Part shown: positions 52,332 to 64,000 of the stretch, in pieces
Position numbering within the stretch: position 1 is the first letter of the stretch
Layout of the letters: each line of letters opens with the position of its first letter
Assembly: GCA_038087875.1 (NCBI GenBank)
Contig: CM075991.1
Span: 9,426,001 to 9,490,000, forward strand
Length of the DNA: 64,000 nucleotides
DNA from: Malacoraja senta
Taxonomy: Eukaryota
Reading direction: 5' to 3'
Notes under the pieces: model-generated
What the model saw: the letters and a program-made list of their open reading frames with translations, nothing else
Told to the model about the DNA's origin: nothing
Database searches by the model: none
Position numbers and translations under genes: made by a program

Positions 52332-53235
52332 ATAGGGAGGTTTCACGGCAGTCGGGTCACGATCCATGACCCATACTGTTGCTACTCTACGCCAAATGGA
52401 GTACACGCGATGAACTGCGGGTAGGCACTTACCATTGTTTCCAGCGTAGCGGGCCCGTTAAAACCCGCCGAAATTGTCAATTTTTGCGCTGTAAATAATT
52501 ATGGAAATCGGGGTAAGCATGGGAGACATTTAGCCAACTTCAGAATTCAAAAAGTGAGGAGAAAATGACGGTACATAGAAGCGAGAGCTGAAAGGAACAA
52601 CAACAGCCAGGGTGCTTGGCGAACATTGGCCATGTGCTCACTGCATTTCATCAACTAAGGCATTATTTGTGTGTTTTTTTTATTCCTTTGGCATCTAAAA
52701 CGTTTCAGAAGGGATAAATCTGGCTGTAAAATTTTAAAATCGCCCCTGGTTCTCGTGGGTTTTTACATACAAAAATAAAACGCCTCTGAAGCAAAATTTA
52801 CAACCAGATTTATCACTTCTGAGACTTTTTAGATACCAAAGAAATCAAGAAAAAAAACAAATAATGCCTTACTGTTGATTAAATGCAGTGAGCAAACGCG
52901 ATAAATCCCGATATTTTCAATTCCGATATCTGCACGGCCAATGTTCGCCAAGCACTTTAGCTGTTGTTGTCCCTTCAGCTCTCGCTTCTCTTTCCCTTCA
53001 TTTCGCTTCACTTTTGGAATTCTGAAGTTGGGTACATGTCTCTCACACTTACCCCGACTTCCACAATTTTTTACAGCGAAAAAATTCAGCATTTTGGCGT
53101 TTTTTAACAGGTGGGAAAGTACGCGTTTCTTGCATTAATAACATATACCGGAAGTGACGGATGTCCTCCAGATGGATTGAGCGGCTCCGTGCGTCAAGCC
53201 CAATGACCCAGTGACCTTACGTGCAACCCCCCTAT
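52332..53235. mobile_element. Non-autonomous foldback DNA transposon (~900 bp), superfamily uncertain
   Basis: Terminal IRs ATAGGGAGGTTTCACG / CGTGCAACCCCCCTAT (14/16) plus ~280-bp internal inverted arms at ~52457-52735 and ~52795-53110. Confidence 0.8.
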
Positions 53236-53941
53236 TCCAGGGACTGTGAAGGACAAGATACTGGACACTGCATCTGCTTGCTTAGTATCTAAAGTCACTT
53301 CTCCATAAAACCCACAATAGGACTTGAAAGCATTTTTCATAGCGGGCCATCCAATTACACATCATGTCAGGTTCAATACGTCTCATTCTACCTCATCCAG
53401 GGACGCATCCGTACATAATTGGCTCTCAGCCCCTATGCTAATATAACGTCCGTCTCGTCACTTTCCGCACACCCATAAAATCATGCTCAGGCATCAAAAC
53501 TAATGGCCCACAAATGACATTGTTAATACAGCCGGTTGCAGCTACGTCTACACAATGCCCTTGCCAGCCCTTTACACGTCACACCAATGCATCCCGAGGG
53601 ATTTTGCATTCAGTGCGAGCGGGATGCGATCACACATTGGCCGTGTGCTTTGTCTCCATGCCCGGAGCAAGCACACAGAGGGAGATACCACACGACCTTG
53701 AAACGAACAGGAGAGAAGACACGGGGTAAAGATCGAGTGTGGTACCGAGCGCCCCGTCCCACTGCCAACGTTCAGATGCTTCTGGTCATGAATAAGAACA
53801 TGTTTACGTGAGCCCCCCCATCCAGGTTTTGGAGCTCATGTCACAGCTCATAGACACAAAAAGCTGGAGTAACTCAGCGGGACAGGCAGCCTCACTGGGG
53901 GGGGGAAAGGAATAGGCGACTTTCGGATCAAAACCCATCTG

Positions 53942-53946
53942 TATAA

Positions 53947-54005
<59 letters not shown>

Positions 54006-54275
54006 TGTTATATATATTATTATATATTATTATATTTTATATTATATACGCCATATTTATTTTATACATACATACATAATACATTATACTATACATAAAC
54101 GAATAAGATTATGATCTATGATATATATCGTATATGACATGGATATGGTATGTGTAGATATAATATATATTGCTATGTATATATGCTATGCTATACATGT
54201 ATATATATGTGTGTGTTATATGACATATACAATAGACAATATATAACATATGTATGATATCTTATGAATATATAT
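53942..54275. repeat. (TA)n microsatellite with degenerate AT-rich extension
   Basis: Perfect TA run followed by decayed TA-rich sequence. Confidence 0.9.
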
Positions 54276-56144
54276 CTTCAGTATCTTCAAACCAGCATCT
54301 GCAGTTCCTTCATACTAACCAAGATCACACTTGATCTCAGCTCTATTTATACACTCTGTGGCATCAAAACACGACTGGAACAGGCAGTAACATGTCTATG
54401 TCTGCCAACACTCCTTATATGCAACTTCCTCCCACTGTTTCCCTCACCCAGTTCCTTTCCCCTTTGCTTTCCACTCATCTCCCAGCTTTCCCACATTCTC
54501 CTCTTAACCCCCCCTCCCCCAACCCCTTCCAACTACTATCATTCCCACCAGTTCTACATTTCACTCCTCTGCTTCCTTCCTTCTCTGGCACCCTTGGTCC
54601 CAATTTCACTTCTCACCTTTGGTATTATCTCCACTCATCTGCCAATCACCTCTCCTCCACAGTGACCTCCCATCTCTTGCTAGTGTTTGCTCCACCGATT
54701 CCCCCCCCAACCCCTCCCTCATCTCTCCATACCAACTTTCTCCCCTCTACTATAATTATTATAAAGTACGTCCTTTAATTCTGCGGCTCTGACCTCTAAT
54801 CCTAGACTCATTCCTGGGATCATTCATGTAAACCTCCTCTGTGCGCTCTCCAGAGCCAGCACATCCTTCCTCAGAAATGGTGCCCAAAATTGCTCACAAT
54901 TACATTGAACAGTGTCAGTGTCCTATACATGGCAACCCTTTGCATACCCATTTAAAACAAAGAATTGCACTGTGACATGTCACACATGATAATAAAGGAT
55001 CACTCATTCATTCGTCCTTGAATGAGAAAAGCTAAGTAAGTAAGTACGTTTATTGGCCAAGTATTCACATACAAGGAATTTGCCTTGGTGCTCCGCCCAC
55101 AAGTAACAACATGACATACAGTGACATTTACGAATGACTCAGAAAACACTAAACATTAATAATGATAAAACATTAATGATAAAACATGTGAACCAACAAA
55201 ATACCATCAATATCAGGGAGGCTACAGATTTTTGGCTGTTGAGTAGAGCAACTACTCGTGGATAAAAACTGTAAAGCAGTTGAATTCCAATCCAGATAAA
55301 TCAAAAATATATTTGGCTCTAAGTTTATGTTGAGGTACTAATCAGATAATACCATGCATAAATACAATCAAGCCAAACTCAAGTACATTAGGTAGAGCAA
55401 AGGGACAGATACAGAGCTGCAACAAAGAGAACATTTTCCCTTAAATATGCCAAGCCATGTTTAATTTGTAGAGTATTATTGCACATGTATTTTTCCCTTC
55501 TGCAGGGTCTGATTTGAACAACATAAATCATTCAGTGCCTGTGCAGACAATATTTATGAACGAAGAGTTTGAATATATGAACATTGTGAATAGGCTAAAT
55601 GATAAATGATACCAATGTTAATGATTTAAACGGAGCTAAAGTGCTAATCATTCATGATGTGTAAGCCACTGTGAATACGCTTAGAACTGATCCGAGCCTC
55701 ATAAATTCAGCCGCTGTTCTGGTTAGGTTGATCATCATTGTGAAGGGGACTATTGTCACCTTCAGCAAAGCGTTAATGTAGGAGTTGATTCACCCCAAAC
55801 ATGGCTTGTGCCGTGCCGAGGATGTGCTGCCCTTCACTGCATGGTTGTCCTTCATTTGCCCACCCTGGTGGACATACAGCTTTTTTCAGGGAAGAGCAGG
55901 TCAGGACCCCCACACAGCCACAGGGAAAAACCTGCACGTCTTTGGGCGGCATGCTGGCGCAGGGGTGGAGTTGCCGCCTTACAACGGCAGGGACCCGGGT
56001 TCAATCCTGACTATGGGTGCTTGTCTGTGGGGAGTTTATACATTCTCCCCGTGACCCGCATGGGTTTTCTCCGAGATCTTCGGTTTCCTTCCACTCTCCA
56101 AAGACGTACAGGTTTGTAGGTTAATTGGCTTGTTAAAATTGTAA

Positions 56145-56616
56145 CCTCCAGGTTACCTCCTAGCAGGTAAACCAGATCACTTCCACCTGACGTGGTCTGC
56201 ATTTATAGAATTATTACAAATATAGGGTGCAAAAGTACTTAAAAAAAAAAAATTGAGGTCAGGTAAGGGGGATGATAGTTGAAGAGTTGGTATGTCCCAT
56301 TTACGTAATGCTTATAAAAATATTTGTTTCTCTCTTTTTCCTCTTTCTCTTTCTCTTTCTTTTCTAGGGTCTATTTCTTAACTCTTTTTCTTTTGTTTTT
56401 AATTTTGCTCTTATAGGGTCTTCGTCATTTTTTGTTGTCACATTTTCTACACTCTCACTTTTTCCTTCACTTTCTTCTTTCTTTCAATCTTTTCCTTTTC
56501 TAGTGTAAAAAATAAATGGAGTACATTAATTGTAAGAAGATATAAATGACGAGTACTAATGTATGCGGTTGTAATGTAATGTACTTCTAATAAATAAAAA
56601 TTTAAAAAAAAAAAAA
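56145..56616 (+). mobile_element. L1-clade 3' end with poly(A), inserted in an HE1-like SINE (55945-56725)
   Basis: TSD AAAATTGTAA at 56135-56144 and 56617-56626, TT/AAAA target, AATAAA and poly(A). Confidence 0.8.
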
Positions 56617-56769
56617 AAAATTGTAAATTGTCCCTCGTGTGTGTAGGATGGTGTTGGTGTGCAGGGATTGTTGGTCAACACAGACTCTGTGGGCCAAAGG
56701 GCCTGTTTCCATGCTGTATCTAAACTAGAGTAATCTGAAGATTACCCCTTCACCAACGTCACAGGATTA

Positions 56770-57070
56770 TTTAGTTTTTAGTTTTAGTTTAGAGATACAG
56801 CACGGAAACAGGCCCTTCGGCCCACTGTGTTCACGTTGACCATGGATCACCTGTACACTATATCTATCCTACGCAAAAGAGACAATTTACAGAGGCCAAT
56901 TAATCTATAGACCCCCACGTCTTGGGATGTGGGAGGAAATCGGAGCACCCAGAGGAAATCCACGCGGTCACAGGGAGAACGTGCAAACTCCACACAGGCA
57001 GCACCCGAGGTCAGGATCGAACCTGGGTCTCTGGCGCTGTGAGGCTGCAGCTCTACCACTGGGCCGCCAC
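56770..57070 (-). mobile_element. HE1-like SINE
   Basis: Reverse-complement core and tail. Confidence 0.85.
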
Positions 57071-57299
57071 ATGCATCCGAAGGGAACCCACACAGTCACT
57101 GGGGAAAACTGTACGTCTTTGGAGCTTGGGTGGAAAGTAGAGTACCCGGAGGAAACCCATGCAATCACAGGGAATACATTCAAGCACTACATGAATGTCA
57201 CCCTGGGTCTCTGGACCTCTGAGGCAGCAGCACTACCTGCTGTAACACAGCGCTGCCCTTGCATCTACTCAACAACAGGTGTTTTATGGATGACGGTGG

Positions 57300-58172
57300 T
57301 CCAATGTGTTCCGGAAGTGGTGGCGCTGTCGAACAGCAGCGGCTCGCCTGCAGTCCGTCTGTTTTTACTTTTTTTGTTGTTTTCTTTTGTCCTGTTTTAT
57401 TTACATTTTAGTTTATTGGGTTGTGTATGTGTGGGGTGTGGGGTGGGGGGGGGGGTGAAACATGATTTTTGTCTCTTCCTTCGGGGGAGTACGACTTTTT
57501 CTTGTCGTATCCCCCTTCTCTGCCTCCGTCTGCGCCGAGGCCTAATGGCGGAGCTGCCGGCCTCCAACTCCAACTGCGACCGACCGACCTCGAGACTCCG
57601 GAGGCAGAGCCAGGACTTACCAGCGCGGGGCTGGCCGGCTTCGGGGCTGCAGTGGTGTTCCGGCAGCGGCGGTGGCGACCGAGGACGCTGGTGGCGACCT
57701 GAGTCCGGAGGCTCGGCCGCGGGCCCAGTGGACGACATCGTCGGGAGCTCGCAGGTCACAGGTGGGTGACCTGTTTTTCTGGGGCTCCCGCAACTACAGC
57801 TGCATCCGCTGGACTGGAGGGCGGCAGCTTCGGCAGCTTCGGCCACCCCGGGCCGCGGAGTTTGAACCGGCCCGTCGCGGACGGAGCACGGATTCAGCCG
57901 CGGGATTGACTTACCATCACCCGGCGGGGTCACAACGTCAGAAGCCTGGATCGCCTCAGCGCAGAGGAAGAACAAAGCGGGAAGAGACAGAGAATTTAAG
58001 ACTTTTGCCTCCATCACAGTGAGGAGGTGCCTGGTGAACTCACTGTGGTGGATGTTAATTTGTGTTTATTGTGTGTTTTGTTATTTATTATTATATGTAT
58101 GACTGCAGGCAACGGAATTTCATTCAGACCGAAAGGTCTGAATGACAAATAAAGGAATCTCTCTCTATCTCT
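57300..58172 (+). mobile_element. CpG-rich unclassified non-autonomous retroposon with LINE-like 3' stem-loop
   Basis: GC-rich body, then TCATTCAGACC-GAAA-GGTCTGAATGA hairpin (58120-58145), AATAAA and a (TC)-rich tail. 5' boundary approximate. Confidence 0.5.
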
Positions 58173-58445
58173 CTAAAAGGGGCTGGAGTTTAGAGATATA
58201 GCGTGGAAAGAGGCTCTTCGGCCCACTGAGTTCGTGCCGACCAACGACCACCCATGCACTAGTTCTATTCCATAACACTTGCGCATCCTACACAATGGGG
58301 GCAGTTTGCAGAAACCAATTAACCTACAAACCTGAATGTATTTGGAATGTGGGAGGAAACTGGAGCACCAGGAGAAAACCCACGCTGTCACAGTGGCGAA
58401 CGTACAAACTCTGCACAGACAACAACCGTAGACAGGATTGAACAT

Positions 58446-58751
58446 GGTACGAGTTCATTCCAAGAGCTCTCCCGAGTTTGCCCTGATTCGAACTCGGAGA
58501 TTTACCGTAATGGCCACTCGTCGGTACTCGGGGCTCTCGTGGGCATTTTTCATCATGTTGAAAAATCTCCACGAGTCTTCCCGTGCTTACCTGCCGTTAG
58601 CGAGTCTTCCTGAGTACCTGCCGTTAGCGCTAAGAGACGTCCCCGAGCTCCGACGTACCCGCTCCGTTCATTTTCCGTGCTTACCACGAGTTCGATTTTT
58701 TAAAAACTCGGGAGAGCTCTTGGAATGAACTCGTACCGTGGGACAGGGCTA
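58446..58751. mobile_element. PIF/Harbinger-type MITE (family 1), left TIR clipped, inside an HE1-like SINE
   Basis: Reverse complement of 5312-5626. Confidence 0.85.
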
Positions 58752-59210
58752 TATGGCAGTAACTCTATACATGAAACAATCAGACAACATTGTCTCTGAT
58801 CAATACAGCTGCTACTTTAACCTGCAGTCGTCATTGAAATTGACAAGCAATCTCCTCTGTTGCAACAATACTCTATCATACAATGTTACACACAGCCTGT
58901 AGTAACAACAATAATCTTATTGGAATTGAAAGACCTTTAGTTCTTAAAAAACCTGTGGGGAAAAATATTTTTTTATATTGCGAATCTGAAACTCTCTAGC
59001 CCCTAACCTTGTTTCCTTCATTGACACAATTGCCTTTCAAACACTATTTTTCTCTAACACAAGGTTTTTTAGGTTGATCATAACACAAGGTTGATCATAA
59101 CTATTATGTTCATTGCAGAATCACCGACATTAAGCATGAAGCATTGAGCCCGAGCCTAACCTCTAGTGAGGGATTAAAAAAAAACAGATTGATAGTGTTT
59201 TTGTTAGTAG

Positions 59211-59482
59211 TTTGGTTTAGTTTAGAGATACAGCAGAGAAACAGGCCCTATGCCCACCGAGTCTGCGCCGACCAGTGATCACTCCATACATTAGCACTAT
59301 CCTGCACACTAGGGACAACTTGTGCATCTTTGGAGTGTGGGAGGAAGCCGGAGCACACGGAGAAAACCCACGCGGTCACAGGGAGAACATACAGACTCTG
59401 TACAGACAGCACCCGTAGTCAGGATCGAACCCGGGTCTCTGGCGCTGTGAGGCAGCAACTCTACCGCTGTGCCACGGTGCTG
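59211..59482 (-). mobile_element. HE1-like SINE
   Basis: Reverse-complement head, core and tail. Confidence 0.85.
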
Positions 59483-59703
59483 CCTTTCTTCTGAGAGGGG
59501 AGCTGCTGAAAAGGCTACACTTACCTCGCCCACCCCTGAGGGCACCAAGGGCCAAACACTCAGTATGGGGTTGGGGTCACAAGTACGTTTAACTGTGTCC
59601 AGAAGGGCAAGGATTCAGCATCGGGAAGCCAAGCAAGGCTTTCCATGAGAATCCAGGAGTTTATCAAAGTTCATTTTGCATGGTGCCATCTCACAGATGG
59701 CTA

Positions 59704-59757
59704 GGGGTGTGAGATTGCAACCTTCACGTGGGCCGCCCTGTTTCGACGAATGCAATC
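59704..59757 (+). ncRNA. HDV-like (CPEB3-type) ribozyme, minimal P4
   Basis: GGGGUGU-GA-GAUUGCA-ACC-UUCACGU-GGG-CCGCCCU-GU-UUCGA-CGAA-UGCAAUC. Confidence 0.78.
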
Positions 59758-59838
59758 AACCCGGCGTGCACAATCAAGTAAGATCAAATAGAACAGGTTG
59801 TCCTACAACTTTAGGCTGTGCACGCCATACGCAAGAAG
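59704..59838 (+). mobile_element. Short retroposon family A, second copy
   Basis: Aligns end to end with 8495-8631(-); degenerate TSD ACAGATGGCTA / ACAGATTACTA. Confidence 0.8.
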
Positions 59839-60519
59839 ACAGATTACTAGATTTACTGAATTCAATTTCGCAATCAGCCATAGCTAGAGTTCATTTTAGG
59901 ACGTCTGCCATCTGCACTTTGAAGACTCTTTCAAGGTCATTTTTGGGGGCATTTTTGTGGTGGGGAAAGTGAGGCCCCTAGTTAATGATTGTGGGCTTGC
60001 CTGGTGTGGTTGAACTCATTGTGGAATGGAAGACATTGCTGTCGAGCAATTTAACAGACGTGATTGTCACTAAAAGCTGGAGTAACTCAGTGGGTCAGGC
60101 AGCATCTCTGGAGAAAAGGAACAGGTGACCTTTCTTCAGACGTCTCAAGCCGAAATGTCACCCATTCCTTCTTTCCAGAAATGCTGCCTGACCCGCTGAG
60201 TTACTCCAACTTTTTGTGTCTATCTTCGCTTTAAACCAGTTCCTGCCTACACTTAACAGACATGATTTTCTGCAACTCATTGACTGCGAGGTACCTTGGA
60301 TTGACCTGGGCTTGCTGTTATCATCACAATGTGAGCTGTGGGCTACCGAGTGATCCATCAAAGATGCAGTACACCTTCAAACAGAGACAATGGCCTTCTC
60401 CAGTTATTATAAGGAATCATTAGGCTGAACAAATGTAGTTTGCTTTATTGTTACTTGTACCGAGGGCACATGCTAACCAGTCAGCAGAAAGACAATACAT
60501 GATTACATGATTACAAGCA

Positions 60520-61144
60520 CCACCCCCTCCCCGGGCACTTTCCCTTGCAACTGCAAGAGATGCTACACGTGTCGCTTTACCTCCCCCCTCGACTCCGTTC
60601 AAGGACCCAAGCAGTCGTTCCAGGTGCGACAGAGATTCACCTGCACCTCCTCCAACCTCATCTATTGCACTCGCTGCTCTAGATGTCAGCTGGTCTACAT
60701 CGGTGAGACCAAGCGTAGGCTTGCCGATCGTTTCGCCGAACACCTCCGCTCGGTCCGCATTAACCAACATGATCTCCCTGTGGCTCAGCACTTCAACTCC
60801 CCCTCCCATTCCGAATCCGCCCTCTCTGTCCTGGGCCTCCTCCATTGCCAGAGTGAGCACCACCGGAAACTGGAGGAGCAGCACCTCATATTCCGCTTGG
60901 GCAGTCTGTATCCCAGTGGCCTGAACATTGACTTCTCCAATTTCCGATAGCCCTTGCTGTCTCCTCCCCTTCTCAGCTCTCCCTCAGCTCTCTGGCTCCT
61001 CCTCTTCCTTTCTTCTTCCCCCCCCCCCCCCCCCCCCCACCCTGCATCAGTCTGAAGAAGGGTTTCGGCCCGAAACGTTGCCTATTTCCTTCGCTCCATA
61101 GATGCTACCGCACCCGCTGAGTTTCTCCAACATTTTTGTCTACC
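60520..61144 (+). mobile_element. Penelope-like element, 5'-truncated: Cys-rich linker plus GIY-YIG endonuclease (reading frame to 60950) and pLTR
   Basis: PCNCKRCYTC..NLIYCTRCSRCQLVYIGETKRRLADRFAEH..LEEQHLIFRLGSLYPSGLN; 15-bp flanking direct repeat ACATGATT(A/G)CAAGCA at 60505-60519 and 61145-61159. Confidence 0.92.
61052..61079 (+). ncRNA. Minimal hammerhead ribozyme core in PLE pLTR
   Basis: CUGAAGA-A-GGGUU-UC-GGCCC-GAAAC-GUU, about 100 nt downstream of the EN stop codon. Confidence 0.65.
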
Positions 61145-61159
61145 ACATGATTGCAAGCA

Positions 61160-61555
61160 AACCATTCACAATGTACAGATACACGATAAAGAGAGTAACT
61201 GCCTTTAGTGCAAGATAAAGTCAGTAAAGTCCGATCAAAGATAGTCCCAGGGTCTCCAATGAGGTATATAGTAGTTCAGGACTGCTCTCTGGTTGTGGTA
61301 GGATGGTTCAGTTGCCTGATAACAGCTGGGAAGAAACTGTCCCTGAATCTGGAGATGTGTGTTTTCACACTTCTAGACCTTTTGCCCGATAGGAGAGGGG
61401 AGAAGAGGGAGTGGCCTGGGTACGACTAGTCCTTGATTATGCTGGTGGCCTAGCCGAGGCAGCGTGAGGTGTAAATGGAGTGAATGGAAGGGAGTTTGGT
61501 TGGTGTGATGGTCTGAGCTGCGTCCACAATTCTCTGCAATTTGTTGCGATTTCTT
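61160..61555 (-). mobile_element. Rex1/L2-like LINE 3' end (host of the PLE insertion; continues at ~60435-60519)
   Basis: Minus strand DAAQTIT..IYTSRCL..PGHSLFSPLLSGKR..RFRDSFFPAVIRQLN. Confidence 0.75.
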
Positions 61556-62629
61556 GTACCTCATTCATCGACCAGTAGTCAGAACAGAAACACTTTCTTT
61601 TTACTTATCAAATTAAAACCATCCATTATCTAAGGCCAAAGGTGGTAGTGTTGCTCAATGTTGGCAATCTATCCTCAGCAATGAACCCAGGCAGAACTGG
61701 TCATAAGTCACAAACACTCCCAATGATTGAAAGTTTCAGGAATCACAGTTGCAAAGTCAACCGAAATGCTCAATAACCACAAGATGTCTCTCAAATAATT
61801 CAGACGGTCACACACACACACACTCTCCAATAACTCATACACCCTTTCCCAAAGTATTACTTCTGAAATAAATCTGCCTGCTTTGATTTGGATGAATCAA
61901 TACTAACTGTCTACACCAAGGGAGGGGGTCCTCACACTGATACATCACTCACCGAAACAATCATGTAGATTGTCTTTGATATTATCCTCAGCACTTCGAT
62001 CCACTGCACATGATATCAACAAATGGCTGAAGGCATTGGATACAGCAGAGACTGTGAGTCCTGGCAACATTCATTTTAGTTCAGTTTAATATTGCCTTGT
62101 GTACCGAGGTACCGTGTAATTCTTTATCGTTGCCTGATATCCAGTCAGACCCGCCTGAAGGGTGTCGATCCGAAACGTCACCCATTCCTTCTCTCCAGAG
62201 ATGCTGCCTGTCCCGATGAGTTACTCCAGCATCTTGTGTCAATCTTCAGTGAAAAGACTATGCATGATTACAATCAAGCCGTCCACAGTGTACCAATACA
62301 GAGTAAAGGGAATAACTTTAGTACAAGATCAAGTCCAATTAAAGATAGTCCAAGGGTTTTCAATGAGGGAGATGGTAGGTCAAGACTCCACTCAAGTTGG
62401 TGATAGGATGGTTCAGGAAAAAACTGTTAGTACAGAAGACCTGTGGTCAAAAACTTGCCAAGTCTTTGGTCATTTGGGTAGTTTGAAGGCGAAGATTTAC
62501 AGATTCTTAACTATTAAAGGGATATGAGGAGAAGGCAGGAGAATGGAGTTGAGTGGGAAAGATAGATCAGCCATGATTGACGGAGTAGACTCGATGGGCC
62601 AAATGGCCTAATTCTGCTCCAATTACTTT

Positions 62630-62948
62630 GGGCGGCATGGTGGCATAGCGGTAGAGCTACTGCCTTACGGTACCAGAGACCCGGGTTCGATCCTGACTAC
62701 TAGTGCTGTCTCTACGGAGTTTGTACGTTCTCCCTGTGAACTGCGTGGGTTGACTCCGAGATCTTTGGGTTCCGCCCACACTCCAACGCAGTACAGGTTT
62801 GTAGGCTAATTGGCTTGGTATAAATGTAAATTGTCCCCAGTGTGTGTAGGAGTGTTAATGTGCGGGGATCGCTGGACGGTAGGGACACGGTGGGCCGAAG
62901 GGCCTGTTTCCACACTGTATCTCTAAATCTAAAACTAAAAACTAAAAC
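62630..62948 (+). mobile_element. HE1-like SINE, full length
   Basis: Head, box A/B, core and (CTAAAA)n tail. Confidence 0.9.
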
Positions 62949-63814
62949 TCTGCTCCTTTACATTTCACTACAATTCGAGTGCTACCTGGTCAGGGGTGCT
63001 GGACATCTGGTGAGAAATTAAGCTGAGAACCAATTGCTCTTCTGAGCATGGCTTGAGGAAAACCAAGTGGTCTGGCCAAAGCTATATTACAACCAACTCC
63101 AACAAGATAGACACAAAATGCTGGAATAACTCAGCAGGACAGGCAGCATCTCTGGATAGAAGGAATGGGTGACGTTTCGGGTCGAGACCCTTCAAGAGAT
63201 TGCTTGAGTATTTCCAGCATTTTCACAGGTGCATTTATATGACTCCCCACCAAATGCTCCACCATTTGATCATGGCTGATCTATTGCTCAAATCCATTCT
63301 CCTGTCTTCTCCCCGTAACCTTTGACGGCCTTACTAATCAAGAACCTATCAATCTCTGCTTAAAAAATCCCCAATCACTTGGCCTCCACTGCCTGCTGTG
63401 ACGATAGATTTTACAGATTCCCCACTTCTGGCTAAAAAATATCCTCTTCACTACATTCCTCGTCCATGTAGTGAAACCATGGTACTCGCAAACATATCCT
63501 TCCTTAGATAAGGAATCGAGATCTAAACACAATATTCCAGTTGTGGTCTTATCAGCACCATCTATAATTGGGGCAAGAAGTCTCTACTCTTAGATTCTTG
63601 TATACACACACTTCATGCCAAAAGACTGGACCAGGAGCAGATAATAGCCAATGTTAATCCTTTGCTGCCCAAACTACCCTCATTCCTTTTTCCTGCTTTT
63701 ATGTGGGTTTTGCCCAAAGATAGTAACAACTTTATTTCTAAGAACACAATGCCTGAAGCAATTTATGTTTCGAAAATGTTTTTGAAACTCAACACCCTCT
63801 CGTTAGACTTCACA

Positions 63815-64000
63815 CTTCAGAGATACAGCTTGAAAACAAGCCCTTCGGCCCACCGAGTCGAAGCCGACCAGCGATCACCCCGTACACTAACACCTTCCTA
63901 CACTCCAAGGACAACTTACCATTTTACAGAAGCCAATTAACCTACAAGCCTGTACGTCTTTGGAGCGTGGGAGGAAACCAGAGCAACTGGAGAAAACCCA
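63815..64000 (-). mobile_element. HE1-like SINE, cut by window end
   Basis: Reverse-complement tail and core. Confidence 0.85.

Noticed and set aside
48785..55190. Apparent local duplication 48815-48940 / 55045-55170
   Set aside because: Both end in microsatellite tails and look like independent 3' ends of the same LINE family.
56927..58022. 280-aa and 206-aa ORFs
   Set aside because: They run across SINE, low-complexity and GC-rich repeat sequence with no domain signature.

Overview
Vertebrate-type, repeat-dense non-coding DNA. It is most likely from a cartilaginous fish (skate/ray), inferred from the HE1-like V-SINE and CR1/HER1-like LINE sequences. I recognise no host protein-coding exon, so the window looks intronic or intergenic. 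It is tiled with ~25 tRNA-derived SINE copies, fragments of CR1, Rex1/Babar and L1/Tx1 LINEs, Penelope-like element (PLE) remnants including one GIY-YIG endonuclease end, Harbinger- and hAT-type MITEs, a 0.9 kb foldback DNA element and simple repeats. The main result is two families of very short (~135 and ~190 nt) retroposons, two copies each. In all four, the 5' end coincides with position +1 of an HDV-like (CPEB3-type) self-cleaving ribozyme fold, and one family is near-identical in P2/P3/L3 to the mammalian CPEB3 ribozyme as I recall it. Many PLE termini also carry minimal hammerhead ribozyme cores, and several short local templated duplications sit at PLE ends. All RNA folds were derived by eye and none has been tested.
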